From NCBI GenBank assembly GCA_030141605.1, contig JAQGDQ010000036.1, positions 620,001 through 684,000 of the forward strand: a stretch of 64,000 bases of DNA, written 5' to 3'. The translations under genes were made by a program, and so were the position numbers. Under the pieces are notes generated by a model. That model did no database searches. It saw only the letters and a program-made list of their open reading frames with translations, and was not told the origin of the DNA. Shown here one piece after another: positions 38,151-53,400 of the stretch (the stretch's first letter is position 1; every line of letters begins with the position of its first letter). The DNA is from Tubiluchus corallicola (taxonomy: Eukaryota > Animalia > Priapulida).

Positions 38151-39239
38151 GAAAGCTACATATCACAACATCCTAAATTAACACCCGGGTCTTACGCTAC
38201 AGTTGAAGAACTTTCAAAAACAGCATTTGTTGTGGCACATCAACTGCAAATTTTAGTAGCTTGCTATCAAATATTACACGTGCCACTTGGTCTTACAGTG
38301 CCCGAGAATATCAATTAGCAGTGCTGTAAAAACCTACATTGAAATTAACCGAGAGCAAGATAATTTACAATAGATTTTACAGATGCTTGATTAAGTGTTT
38401 ATGAACACAACAATGTTGTAATCGCAGAGCCCATGCACTGTTGTAACTTGGCATCTTTGTAAATTGTATGGATGCTCTCAAATTACTACACTGAGCAGCC
38501 TCGTGCATCATAGATTGAATGCTACACAAAACTGTACGTTGTAAGCAAAACAAAATAAAATAGAAAGTTTAGGCACCATGTAAAGTATAGGAACTCATCT
38601 AAATTTAGCCATTTATAAGTTTTTCAGTGAAAACAGACACACACTTGGTAATTAATCAAAAAAATTTTGTCAACTTGAATTTTTTCAAGCAGTAGCATTG
38701 CTACCTTCAAATTATGCCTACGTGTAGTAGCTAATGGTGTTCAGATAAAGAACAGCACGAAGTCTAAATCGATAAGCCCATAAATAATTTTATAGGCATG
38801 TTGCAAATCAAAAATGCATCAACGGCTATTCTAAGGGCTCAAGATTAAACGTTTCTAACATTGGCAAATATTCATCCTACAAATCAAACATACCTTGAAG
38901 TTTAGTGAGAATGTGCGTTGCATTCTTTCATTAATTCTTATATCCTCAACTACAAATGGGGATTCAGCGCAGGAGTGGCACTTGTATCAAGTTTTGGTTG
39001 CACGCAACTTGATACAATATGTATTGTATATAGTTTATAAAATCACTGTTTGTATTTGTAAATGAAATTATTTATGTTTACAAGAAGCGTCAGATGTTAT
39101 GTTTCTGTTTGTTTACAATGTGTTTAGAAAAACTAGGATGCGAACTGTGGTTCTGCATTAAGTCTGTTTATTGAACCTAGAGAACTTCTTGAAAATTTGC
39201 AAACTCTAGTATTACTGACTTTATTATTAGAAAAATCAC

Positions 39240-40775
39240 AGCTATTTGTTTACTGACAAAAATTTCAGATAAATTACGGTCAGGCATATCTAAAACTCAA
39301 GCAAATGCTCACCAACCTGACCGTGATACTTCTGAACTTGTTCCCACATGCAAGTTATAAGCAGAAAAAGCCATTTAATCCATTAACTATTCTGTTCACA
39401 TGCTTCTTCTTGATAATGTCAAAAGCTTTTGACACAATTAAAAGAAACGTCTTACTTAACGAGTCAGATGTTTTAGATGACGATGATTTGCACTTTATCA
39501 GCATATTCTCGCTATCCATGTCTGATATGAAGTAATGAAGGATGAGCATGCGATTCTTTTCTAATGTCGGTGTTCCTCAAGAGATTGTCTGAGCTTCATC
39601 TTTTCCACTTTTTTCTTGCTGTAGCTATAACAGACAATAACTATATATATCTTGTAAAGAAATAATGGACCATCCACACTTACACTGATCTTAATCTAGA
39701 AAAGCTCAGTGCAATATGCAACCGATACTACCTATACGTAGCTAATATAGAAGAACTGCAAGACACAAAATGCACAATCAGCCTCCGTTTAGAAAAATGT
39801 AATCTTAAAGTCAACAATACGAAGACTGAACACTATTATAATCAGCGGGTATTTAATGATTCGTGAAAGAGATGAAAATACCTTTATCAGTTTCCCAGGC
39901 AGAATAGCAATATTGTACCAGTCTTGTTAACAATATTTTTGCAAATATTGGCATAATATGGAAATGTGGACTTGCAACAACAATGTACCAATATTTTTGA
40001 CAATATGTGTAAGAATTATGTGTTTCCAATATCGGACGACAATATTGGTCCAATGGTGTATCAATATTGACAAAAATATCCAATATTGTTCCAGCATTGT
40101 GACAATATTTTCCAGGTCCAGACCAGATCATGACCATAATTTGGTGACAAAATTGTGTGCTACCAGAGTTGTTATAGACAATAAAGCCGACGTACAACAA
40201 AGGAAAATTCTAACATTGTCTGCTTACTTATTAGCTATCTAATACATATTATCTATTATCAGTTCTCGCAATTGTTTTTCAAAATAATACATTTTCTCTT
40301 GTATCCCGAGCCTTTTAACTTCAATCAAGCCAGTATCTTTATACAATGCTGAGCTATGGAGAATAAAAATTAAACAGAGGAAGGAAATTGGTGCTTTTCA
40401 GTGACTTCTCTGGTCATTAAATTGCTAGTCATTAAATGGACCAACAGAATAATCAGTGATTATATGTATGATGCGATGAAGAAAAACCCTTGGAGTAAAT
40501 CAAGCCAAGTAAGAAGAGCGTATTGGATTTGGCATTCACCTAGTCTAACTCAAGAATTTCCACTTTCTATAGCATTACGTAAAGTGCTTAAAATTTAATG
40601 ACAAAAAGCCGAAAGAGGGGTAGGTAGTGACATGTATAGTTATACTGCAAAAAGATTTAGCAAAGCGAACTCTAGATTTGAGGGACGGGCGGTGATGTCA
40701 GATAGAAATGCATTGCATCCACAGGTAGAACATGCCATATTTTACAATATAGAAGCATGCAAATGATGATCATGA
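39240..40775 (+). mobile_element. Decayed RTE-type LINE, RT and 3' region, interrupted by a MITE at about 39893-40168
   Basis: Frameshifted motifs in order: MSKAFDTI, GVPQ.DCLS, QYA(D)D, NLKVNNTKTE, YNAELW, IKWTNRIISD, W..H..L, then an ATG/GAT-type tail. The interruption has CAATATTG repeats and a TGTGCTACCAG end. Confidence 0.78.
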
Positions 40776-41480
40776 TATTGAACCATACACATATTATAGT
40801 CACCATCATAATCATCATAAAATTATCATATAGCCTACGAAAACTACACACTAATTTTAAATTACTGTTTCATTTTATTACTATCCAAAAATCAAACTAG
40901 CTGTTTATGTGAAGGACAATAACAATCGCTAATAAAACCACAATCTTTATGATTCAAAAAAACTCTTCTAGCGTAAACGCATATGATTTACGCGTTTAAA
41001 ATCTTTGACTTGGGTTTTTAGAGCCCATGAATAATAAAATATTACTTTGCAGTAATATTATCTGTGGTCTAGGCCATAGATTAGCTAAAGGGCGGGCGCA
41101 TGAGCGTGTGTATTTATATCCATCCGCACGAAAAAACACAAAATTTATTAAAAAGCTGTAACTGTTAACTGCAAGTTAAGTATTATTACTACTTTACTAG
41201 TTTCTCCTAGATTACATAACGCCACAATTGTTTCAAAATTAGTTTTGATAACTTTGAAAAGTCGTGTGTTTTTAATTTTAGGTTTATTTTCTAGTACGCT
41301 CACCCAGATTACATATTAAGTTATAAGTCCAAGTAAGTATGGCTGTTGGAACGGAATAAATGGATAACTGACTTTTGTTACATTTTCGATTTAAAGTTTA
41401 GTCACACTCGAAATACGCAGCAATGTGTATATATTAGCAACATGTAACTGATACTGCGTTTTTATTGCAACGTAACAGAA

Positions 41481-44400
41481 ATGGGTTGTGGGCACAGTAA
41501 AACTGTGCCAGAGAGTGGTGAGATCGACAAACTTGGTAAGCTTAAGGAAATGAATATTTTGGATATCGGCGATGGTGGAAAATGCGAAAAGAAAATGAAA
41601 CAAGACACCGCGAGAAGGAAGTCAAAAAATCGATGGAAATTTAAAACTAACAAAACGGCTCAGACAAAAGAATCTGCGGAAGAAAATTTTGTAAAGGAAG
41701 GTGGCAATCAAAAAATACAGAAGTATCGTGCGAAATTTGATCCTCGTGTGACCGCGAAATATGATATCAAAGCTTTAATTGGACGCGGAAGCTTTAGCAG
41801 AGTGGTGCGTGTTGAACATCGCATTACCCGCCAGCCTTATGCAATAAAAATGATAGATGCGTATGAAGGAAGAGAAGTGTTTGAAACTGAGCTTGCAGTA
41901 TTGCGACGCGTGCGACATCCATACATTGTTCATTTAGTGGAAGTTTTTGAAGCGAGGGATCGTATATACATGGTGATGGAACTTGCAACAGGTGGTGAAC
42001 TTTTTGACCGAATAGTTGCAAAAGGTAGTTTCACAGAACGAGATGCAACGCGAGTTTTACAAATGGTGCTTGATGGTGTACAATATCTTCATAGTTTGGG
42101 TATTACACATAGAGACTTGAAGCCTGAGAATCTGTTGTACTATCACCCTGGTTATGACTCCAAAATATTAGTAACAGACTTTGGACTAGCTAGTACCCGA
42201 AAAGCTGGGGATGATGTAACAATGAAAACCACATGTGGTACACCTGAATATATTGCCCCAGAAATTTTATTACGGCATCCTTACACCAATGCTGTAGATA
42301 TGTGGGCAATTGGGGTTATAACATATATATTATTAAGTGGTGAAATGCCATTTGATGATGAAAATAAAACAAGACTCTACAGAATGATATTAAAGTCCAG
42401 CTATACTTATGAAGGCGAGGTACGTATTAATATTCTAAAATAATTTGCGATTGTTTTCAAATTCTTTTAAGCAGTTGATTGAGTACTTGAATGTAATTTG
42501 AAACCCAAATTTTTGTAATGAAAAGACTAATTTATTACTAATGATGAATTGGCCCTTTTATATTCGACCAAGTTAACCCTTGCCACTGACTCATGGTCAC
42601 ATGATTTCAGCCCATAGAGTGTAGTAATTACATCCTTTATGCAGAAGAAATTCTATTGTACCGCTTCCATTGATGACTGATCTATGTTAAACTATTGCTT
42701 ATTTTGCTGTACGCACTATGCGCACTATGAAAATAGATTCGTATCTCGGTTTGCTGGACCTCGCTTTTACGATCTCGACTTGTAATGGCAATGATTTTGC
42801 CTTCTTTCTTCTTTCAGTGAAAGTCTTCTTTCTTTATTTTATTTATTTGTTTGTTTATTTATAAAATAATCTTAATTAAAAGAAAACAGAATCCAATTTT
42901 ACACCATGGCAGTGTTTACTTTGTGCTATGCCTTTGCATCATCGTGGCTAAGAATTTTTAATTTTCATATTTGTCAATGGTGGTTGCAGTGACTACGTCC
43001 CAACAGGCTTAAGAAAATTAAGAGTGAGACATACTAATATCAATGTCCCCACCCAAACTTTACTTGAAAAGACGTAATCCGTGCTTGTAGACTGGCTTCG
43101 TTTTCTGTGCTTTGAACAGCTAAAGTCTCAAGTGTGACAGTGAAAGTTTCACAACAGAAGTCCAACCAAATGCTGTACTGAAAATCGTCACCCTGATGCA
43201 AAAGACTTGTAGGCAATAGACCGCCAGGTCGGAGAGTGTAAGGAAAATTCACCTGCTTTAATAGTGCACATTACCTTGCTGACTGGGCTGATTGTATGTA
43301 TTACCTTGGAGCTTACAAATGCGGATTCGATCCTCCTTAGATGTCTTGTGCTAGGCCGGATTCCAAGCTAAACAACCTAGCAGTATCATGCTTAGAGTTT
43401 AACAACTACCATTTAAGTGCTACATTTATAAGCACTAATACTATCAGAACATTAGGTGTATATTATTCTATATATTTGTTTTCTTTTATGTAAGAAGTGC
43501 TTAAATGAGTGATAATATTTGAGAATAATTATTTTTAAGTTGTCAATATTTGTTTCTCTTTAGCATGTTTGGAAATTGCGATTTTACTTTTTGGTACAAA
43601 TGCCATAATAATAATTCAAAATTACTGAGAATTTCAATTTCTATAATTTCCAGGCAATAATCAGTATAATTCCCAAATAATTTCCTGACTGTGAACCTGA
43701 CACTTCTAGTTGTCTACAGTTACTTCTAAGGGTTGTAGGCGCTTCCTTTTGTAGGGTGCCCTTTACCGTACTAGCCCATATACCGCAGTTGCACAACTAT
43801 ACATGTGCTAAATTAGCAGTGTGATATGTGGGTTAGACAGAAAAATCGAGTTACGTTACTACAACAGAATTTATTCTGTGATGTGTTGAACTTCAGAGAA
43901 TGAATTGTGTTGGAGTAACATAACTTTATTTTTTCTTTCATTTGGCATTTTATCACATGATCTGAACGTTTACAATTTAGTGTTTGCTTTACACAATTTG
44001 GATTTTTGTAATTTTTATACACCATATTTATATTCAGGTGGATTCAGAGGTAATCATGACCATGCTATGGTCGAAACATTGCAGATGAGCAGATGTTTGT
44101 GTTTAAATAATTTAAGCTGTCATTTTCATGATACTAGCTGTCATTTTCATTTTAACTATTTTAAATTTTCATTTTAAATTATTGTTATTATTAAATAAAC
44201 AAGGAGAATGGATGCTGCCAACCTGCCAGTAAGTTAAATTCAGCTCACTTTCTGACAAAATCGGGTGCAGTATTTTGGCAGCCCGTATAATAAGAAATCA
44301 CCTCACTTTGCGCTATATGGGCTAGCGCGATAAATGTTTAAGTGTTTAGATAGGCACTATGCATGAAAAATGACAAAAGAATGGCTTACTTGAAAGAATT

Positions 44401-47400
44401 ATGCGTTCCACAAAGAAAAGGTTCTGTACCTGATTATAAGAACACATGCGTTCCACAAAAAAAAGCTTCTGTACCTGGTTATAAGAACACATTTCTCTTC
44501 TGACTTGGCACATTCTCATGAAACCCGTTAATGCAGCATTAAATTTGGAATTTAGGCAACTTAAAATTTGATGAGTTTTTCAATTTTCTCATTTTAATTT
44601 TTGCTTTGCAAATGGGTGCAACAGGCTCACGGAATGTCTCTGATGTTAGAAAATTACATCTTTTCATCTTCGGTAGCTGTGCTTGCCTGCCATTAATTAG
44701 GTTTCTAGGGTAATATCTAATTATCAGAAACATGATTTTGGCATTACAGATAATAAAATGTATATTTTTTACCATACTTCAAACTGAGATATGAACTGTA
44801 AAATCATGTTTCTTGGTTAAGTTTTCTAAATGTTGTGTGAATACGAAAATTATGACGTTCGAATCGTATGTCTCAATTTTACCTTATGGTGTAACTTTTT
44901 CCAATAGAAATACACTTTCTTAAAGATGACTCACAATAATGCATTTCGTAGGCTCTTCAACTTTTTGGGGAGATGTAGCACAAGTGAAAAATCGTAAATT
45001 TTAATATTCTCCACTATATCAAGAAAGATAAAACAGGATCATTTATATATGGGCTGGCAAAACTACTTAATGATGTAATTGATAAACTGTTTGATTACTC
45101 CTCATATCATAATACGATTATATGGACTTATTGGTATGGACTATACTATGCATTATGCAATTAACATTTTTTACCTTTTTAGATATGTAACTTTTATTGT
45201 GTTATATGCCCCTGTGTATTGTATTTTTAATGGTCTGCCTTGTGTAATTATGTTTAGTGTCTGGATGTATATGTAAATACTTTTAGTAGCTTCTATTGTA
45301 ATTTTTGCAATAGCCAGTATAGAGTGTTTAAATTTTTTATATAATGCTATGTACTTTTAAAATGTGCAAAAGAAATTTAAAATAGTAATTGTAGTTTAAC
45401 TGTACAGTATGACATGCTATTTAAGCAGGTTAACCTCCTCTAATTTGCCCTACTGTATTATCTATAAACTGCAGTGCACCTCTCATAGAAAGAGTTTAGG
45501 TTATAGCTTTATTGGTCTTTCTATTCAGATTCACAGTTCCCAAAACCAGTCTTTCTTCTAGCATTGTTCTGTGTGCATTCAAAGCTACTTTGTGTATACA
45601 ATGTACTCACAGTTACCCTTTGTACAAGACTACTAGGCAAGGAGGTAGAAAATACCTAATATTGTCTGTATAAACAAGTGATATGGGAAAAGGGCTGTAG
45701 GGTAGTTAAAAGTAAATAGTTATCTGTTAGATTTCGATTTTACTGGTCTTTTGTTGTGTGCAAATGCACTGGTACATCCAGTTAAATTATTTCTTGCTTT
45801 AATATTACTAAGGTATTTTTGGCATTTCGTAACGTAATTCGGTATTACAAGCAGAATGCCGATTTTATTTGTTAAATATTTCAGGTCATATTTTGTCAAA
45901 CAGGCTATCATGGGTCATAATTCAAGAAAACGTGTTCATAATTCAATTCAACACAATTCAAGAAAGCATGTTTTAAACTTTAGGTCTGCTAAACCTTATG
46001 ATGTCAATGTGTTTTTACTTTTTTGGTGTTTTATTATTTTATTTCATTTGCAAGTTACTCATTTGTGGTAATCTTACAATGTAAGATTTACACGTTTAAA
46101 TACAGTGTAATCTTTACAGTGTTTTAATTTTTTTAAGTATCCTTTGTACCTACTTCTGAACGGGTTGTTAGGCAGTGACCTTTTCGAGGATTTGGTTCCT
46201 TGCTGTCACTCGTGGGACATGGATGTGGCAAAACAGTCATATTTAACATGTCTATAAACCCTACTGTTTATTTTTTACTAATATATGCATGTACATATTT
46301 TTATGCCTAATAAATAATTTTAATAGCAACAATAATTTATAATAATAGAATAAAAATAATATCAAGAAGTCGAAAACGCGTGCAATTTCGAGTATAAAAT
46401 GCACCATCATTTTAGGATTAGACAATTTGCTTAGCTGGTTGGCGTGAGTGCTATTACTTAGCTGTAAATTTGTAAATGTGAGATGTATACATAGATTTGG
46501 AAGGCGAATGTGTACGAACTGTTTCTGGCACTGTATAAAATAATTGTGTAGCTATTTATTGGCAAAAATATTTGAGGTAGCAACTGACTTCTTACGCCTA
46601 GTTTCGGGCTATCACAGAAGCTGTGAAGGGTTGATGTGAACCCGAAGCACTTGCTGAACATGCGTCTAGGCAAACATTTCTCGCATAACTTGGTTATTTT
46701 CCTGCGCGTATCACTCGCACATTATATTTAGCGCGTTAAGTCGTCCGAAATGGTAGAATCGCCTGGTTACAGGTTCGCGATTCAGCTTCGAAAATGGCGG
46801 AGTTGTAATAAAGGAAAGTTGCAAAATTCCTCATTCTGCTATTGCCTAGTTGACAAGCTTTGATTCAAATTGCATGTAACTTAAATATTACTTTTTGACA
46901 AACTAGGTATGCCCCTGACGAAGTCTACTGACTAGCAACATATTAATAGCAAGCCAGCAGGAAGTAGATGAGAGGAATACTTCGTGAGCTGCGTTGCTAA
47001 TGAATGTTTGCAGGCTTCTCCAATAAACAAACTGATTAAATGAGCAGCCAGCAATGTCTGGTCACTGTTTATTTAAACAAGCGTTCGTGGGTTCATGGCG
47101 TAAGCTGAAAAATCATGTTCTTTTAAAAATTTGAATTTAGCCTTTTTGTTAACCTTTGTGTACATAACTTCAGGTATAGGAATTTTAGATTGAACAAATT
47201 GTCATCACAGAAAATAGTATAACCTAAAGAGTTTTCCACTGCGTCCGGCGAAGCAGCCGGTGATAAAAATTTAAAGGGAAAACAGCATGATTTTTCATAT
47301 CTTACTCCACTTTCAAGTACGGCAAACATTAAAAAGTGTACATTTTAACATCTATAATAATGTCAAAGTGTTTCCAATTAGAAACTTAAAGCAAAACCGG

Positions 47401-50400
47401 ACCCAATCTTAAACTGTAGGTCAAAACGATCAACTCTTTAAAATATTGAAAGGGAACAGACTATTTTTTAAAGAATGATTTACGTGAAAGAATTATTACC
47501 TCACAAATACAATTTCGCATTCGCGCCACTAGTTCTTCACTGTTACATGCATTTCGCCATTCGCTAGTTAGACGGGCATTAGCGCCTGCATTTCGGAAAC
47601 GCATTATGCAAAAACAGGTACTGTACCTCTCAGTTCAGATGTGTTAGTACGTTCGATAGCTCATGCGCGAGCATAGCGGTAAATTTGAAATTTGAATTTT
47701 TATCTTAAAACATGCCTAGTTTTAGTACAATACACTGAATATCTTACGGTAGCACTGTACTTTAATTTTCGCTTTCGCAAACGCGTACAACACGCTCGTA
47801 GAATATTTTTGCTGTTGAAAATTATGTTAGTTTATGATGTCGTCAATAGTTGGGCTCGCCCACCGTTAATTAAATTTTTAATCTATTATTTAATTATTAG
47901 AAACGCTTTTGCAATATTAGTCGTGTTAAAATGTGAACTTTTTATCGGACTTGAAAATGAGATAGTATATGAAAAATCATACTGTCTTCCTTTAAGTAAC
48001 GGCCAGCGAGCCAGCTAGTGATGATGTCACAATTTTTAACGGCACAAACATTCCACGGTCGTGTTGCACGTGGTTGCGAAACGAAAACTGAAGTACAATG
48101 TTACTGTACGCATTAGCATGATAGGCAAAAACTGGTCAAATTTATGTTTATGTTAAAATTTTTAATTTCAAGTTTACCGGTGTGTTTAGGGCATTCACTG
48201 TACACAACATGACAACTAAACCGAGAGACCCGGTTTTTTTTGTGTGCAATGCATCTCCGAAATGCAGGCGCTAATGTCCATCTAATTAACTAGCAAGTGA
48301 CGACGTTCGACGTGGTCCCAGTATTTAGCTCTAGCTAAAGACAATCTAAACTACTTTCTTTTTTAAGAAAGAATTATTACCTCAAAAACTTAGTTCTGCG
48401 TTCATTTACTCAAGGTATACATTTTAATGCCTACAATAATGCCAAAGTGTTTCTGATAATTAAATAATAAGTTAAAAACTTTGTAAACGGTGCGTAAGCT
48501 CAGCTAGTGATGATACAATTGAACATAATTTTCAATAGCACAAACGTGGTATGAGCGTGTTGCATATGTTTGCGAAAGCAAAAATTTAACTATGTGCAAC
48601 TCGCACAACATTCAATGTGACGTGCAATTTTAAGTTTAAAATTCAAATTTCAAGTTTAATGCTGTGCTCACGCATAAGCTGTTTAACATGTGCACTACAT
48701 CACAAATCTGCAACTTTGAACTATGAGGTACAGCACCTGTTTTTGCGCAATGCATTTCCGATATGCAGGCGCTGGTGCCTATCTAACTAGCAAATGTGAA
48801 ATATTTATAACAGCCAGTAACTAGCCGCACGATCGCGAAATTAGGTTCATGTCATGTGGAAATAATTCTTTCTCATGTCCTTCCTGAAAAGATAGTATGT
48901 TTCCTTTCAATATTTTGAAGGTTAGATTATTTTCAACTATAGTTTATGGTTGGGCCCTTTTTTACTTTAACTGGTAAAAATAAGAGATCCCTCTGCTGGC
49001 ATAATTGAACTGTAACAATATTACATGTTTATGTAAAAAACGATAGTGAAAAAGTCGAGGGGGGTACAAAGTAGAAGTCAATAATATAAACTCATTGGCT
49101 AAACGTGGACATTGTCTTTAAAATAAGTTTTTAAAATTCCAGAGTGAGCCATTTAGATTTTGACATTGCATTTGTAGTAATTGTCTAATGTGTTATGTCC
49201 AAACGTGCATAATGCAAAAGTAATTATTATGCCCAGTATCCCGTATTCCCAAAAGTATCTGTGCCCAGTGTATTGTGTGTCAAAAAGTATGTGTGTGTCC
49301 AATGTGCGATGTGCCCAAATGTCTATGTGCCAAAACGTTTGTGGCGAGAGTGGCTGGGTCGAGAAGTGTATGCAGAAAAGCTTTACTATCCCTTCTCGTG
49401 AAATTATGTAACGCGCAACAAGCTTTGACAGCACAGGTAACGTAGAGCAGATGTAGTTAGAAGCTTTGACAGCACAGGTAACGTAGAGCAGATGTAGTTA
49501 GAGGTTCAGCGCAGTCTCTAAAATTTCATTTTTTGTACTCGAGTTCTACAAGCAAAGTTGACTCTACAAGATGTAGCTGCTTCAGTGACTTTGCTCGAGG
49601 ACAGTCTGTATAAAAATGTAGGTAATTCTGAGCTTAGTTAGTTCAACCCAGAAAAAATTCCACTTGATTACTATAGGTCTACTCATATTAATAAGTGTAT
49701 GAAGATGTTTTGAAGAGCGATGATCAATTTAGCTTTAAATTATTCAAAGCGGCTGATAAATGAACTGCTTTGCTAGCAACACCTGATGTGTGTAGCTGGC
49801 AGTGGGATGCACTTCGAACTATCAGTGGTATGGTTGCTAGGCAACCGCATCGTGGCAAAAATTAAGTCAGTTAAGAAGTTCGAAAAATCAAAAATAATGT
49901 GGTTAATTACATTTAAGCTGGTAAAAGTTGTCACTTGTTGTTTGTGTCATAGTAATTTGATACTTGCTAAATTGTTTAGTGTTCATGAGCTATGAGCGCT
50001 TTACTAGCAACAATGGTTTCAGTCTGCTGGGAGGGGCAGGCATTTTGATTTTTTTAAATTACAAGTGATATTAAAACTTCATTCACTTTTATCGCGTTAG
50101 TATAATAATTTGTTGTATGCGCACAAGATTCCCTAGATTTGCGCATATGTGTTTTTCCTTCTGTACGAAAATCATTTTATAAAACAATTCAAGGAGTGAG
50201 ACTTGTTGATGTTTTCTAGATGGCGTTGTCTATCATGACGTAACAACGTCGGGCAAGCGGATGTATGCACAAGCACTTGAGAAATGTCCTGTACTCCTAT
50301 TGTAAACTGTAGTACGTGTAGTAGTATTAATATGGTAGACTAGTAAAGTCTAGTAGTGACTGCTGTCTGAGATGCAAGGCAATAACTTTCTTCTCTACTT

Positions 50401-53400
50401 TGAACTTCAGAATGCATATTTTGCCAGAACAGTTGTCCAAATTGATTTAAGCCGTTTGTAGTATTTTATACGTCATTAGATCTTATTGTTATTTTGCTAT
50501 AAAATAAGGTGTAGATGCAATAATATGTTTTAAACCCATAAGCTTCTTTAAAACGATAAACCTGCTATTTTCTCCACTATTGTCTTTTCTGCGATTTTGT
50601 ATTTTTTTATATTTTTACGTGCTATGTATGAGGGATTTTAAAAAGAACTCGTTTTCTTAAAGCTGTCTTTAGATTTGAACCACTTATTGTTCTCAATTCT
50701 CACATTTTTATTTAATGTGTTTCATCCCGTTTCATTTGGTTTAAACATGTATTTATTTTGTTAAAAAATACATTTACAATATTACATGTCACATTTGTAA
50801 GGTAAGAGAAATGAAATCGTCCAGTAGACCGTTTCATTTGCTAAATGATCTCACAGTAAATTTGAAGCACGATAATATAACTCATAATTGATGTAAAGGA
50901 AATATCTAGTTTCGCATTAAATTTGCATTTTTGACATTGGCTCGCCTCATCGTAGTCACACAATAGGTTACTGTTGCAACAGGCCAATCATTGTGAGATC
51001 TGCTGGATGTCTGTGGATGAGATCTAGGCCTCATACAGACGGTTATTGTGTTTCATCTTATTTTCCCATCCTAATTGCGTATTGGTCAAACGATATCTGG
51101 AAGTCCTTGAAATTGGGTAAATGCGTTCAAATTTATATTTGAATCAGAATGGTGGGAAAAACTTCTCATATTTTGTATGTCTTTTGACATTCGTAAATGT
51201 TATTCAATAATACTTCTTGTTATTTCAGACCCCTTACGTCAAAAGTCGTCAGAACTCTCCGAAAAGTTAATTTTTTAATCCACTAATTAGTAAATTCGGG
51301 ATTTAATTTTTTCTTTCGTTTAAACCGCATTTTTTCATTGTAGTGATCGCTTTAATGTTTTTATGTAGTTACCGTCCTGCAACGTTGATGGAATGGTTAG
51401 TAAAAAAATGAGTTTAATCCTCGTGTTCGTCTGTGTCACATTTAATGGACGTCTGATCTTCTCTAACGCAATTGTGAAGTACCCTCAAATGTTACTGACT
51501 TTCAAGTAGAATTTCTTTTCAGTGATATTCACAATGGTTTCGCAATCATAATTTCTGTTTGTACTATCATTTAATTTCCATTCATAAACACCGTAAGTAT
51601 CAAAGTAAACAACAATGGCAGAGCTAGACGCTAAACTTATGTTAACTAATACGCAATATTACCTTTTGAGTGTACCAATTACTGCCTTATTGGAATTTGC
51701 CTAATACAAGTGTACTATTATTACTATTTTGATAGACGCCTCATTAGAATCCCTTACTACAGTTAACGGAAACCTGCCTCCAGTAAAAATGATTGGTACT
51801 AATGGAACTCGTTTGGTTGCTGCATGAAGTCAGCATGAAATGATTGCACGATTAGCAGTAAGCCTACCTGAATGTAGAAAACTAGTCCTTGCGCGTGTGC
51901 ATATTTGTGTTCAGTTGAATTTATTGTTGCTGAAAATGATCAATACTAATCCGATTTGGGCATGGTTCATCCAACTTGCGACCGTCCGAGCATACAATTT
52001 ACTTCGCACAATTTGCTGTACATTTGGAAGATTTTCGGCCACAGCATTCAGCATTCCGCGTATGTTGGTTTTTCTACTCGTTTTTGAAGGTAACGTTTAT
52101 CATCATGTACGGCAAGGTTCCTGATGAATTCACTCTTGATGCCTATCATAATTAAGTCATTTAAGTGGAAAATTAAGACGTCTATCTTAGTGTTAGAATT
52201 TTGCCACTGCTCTACACTATACAGCAGTTATAATTATAAGATCGCAGAATGGAATTCACCATACATTAATTATTATGATGACTTTTATTGAAAAGTTTCT
52301 TCATTTTGTTTTTCGCAAGACTTTTGTGCACGGAGTAGCACTTCTTTCCAATTTCCTCCTTTAAGATAGCTTGTTACTAGTGGCACCTTAAAAGCAGTCA
52401 TTCCGACGTAAATTTGCTTTATAGCCCAAGTACAAAGGTCCACAATTTCTGGTGAGAATGCCAATGCTATAGAATTTGTCCGGCTCACAGTGGTTCCATT
52501 GTTCGCATTGCCCCCGGACATGTTTCGTTATCATCCTCTCAGTTTTCTCATTCATTCATCCATGCCTAGGTGCCATTATTAAGGCGAATAACAAGATATT
52601 AATTTAAGTTGTCACTCAAGGCTGATATTTTACAATCTAGAAACAAATACCAGATTTTACAACCTGAAGAACTCTAACCTGAGGCAAACCACCTTGCTGG
52701 CAGCCTAAAATAAAACGCGTCGGTAAAGTGTTTTTTACTTCCCAGCCACCCACTGCTTTGATTACTGCTATTTGGAGCTAACTTGAACTAATGTGCGTTT
52801 TGACCAGTTTGAAGGCCATATATTTTATTTGCCATTGTTACGGACATAAAAGAATTATGTGTTATTTTGAAAAAGGGTTGGAATTACACGTCTGTTGTCT
52901 TTCAGTTCTCAAGTTTAATTTGTCAAAATTGCGTGCTAAGTGTTACACAAAGATCTCACAGCTTAGATACATCCCGAAATGTAAAAAATCGTAAAGAAGG
53001 TTATCTATTTAGCCTTTTGACAAATTGCCATTAATTTATTTCCGACTCATGTTTTTTTTTATTTGACGCCCGTGCAATCTTGCACTATATTGCAGCGCTA
53101 AGTCTTATTAGTGCTAAATTAAATCACAATGAACAGTGCTGGGTGAACATAATTATAATGTAGACAGTAGGAAGGAAAAATTCCTACTAGTTTAGCACTG
53201 CAGAAGAATTGCCTTGTTGTATATGTTTGATCCATTACATTTACTGGAAGTTATATTAGATAAAAATCATGAGATTGTTTACCTATCACAACCAGCGCCT
53301 CATGTTTTGCTGATTCTTTACAGCACTGGCGGGATATATCCCCACAAGCTAAAGATTTCATAGATCGCCTGTTGACAACCAGCCCAGATCGTCGTATGAA

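Noticed and set aside
42420-42443. PSKH1 as a 320-aa single-exon protein ending VRINILK
   Set aside because: Read-through into the intron; GAG|gtacgt splices to the conserved exon at 53324.
46908-46950. Hammerhead-ribozyme-like CTGACGA-AGTC-TACT-GACT
   Set aside because: The required GAAA reads AGCAA and stems I and III do not form; at most a decayed relic.
49421-49502. Direct repeats resembling a CRISPR array (also 44401-44490)
   Set aside because: Units are head-to-tail with no spacers, only two copies, in a eukaryotic intron.
52285-52521. ORF with IYVGMT, GIY-YIG-like
   Set aside because: Only one short motif; other GIY-YIG residues and an RT are not visible.
52655-52695. Hammerhead-like CTGAAGA-ACTC..GAG-GCAAAC
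   Set aside because: Core GAAA absent and no closing stems.
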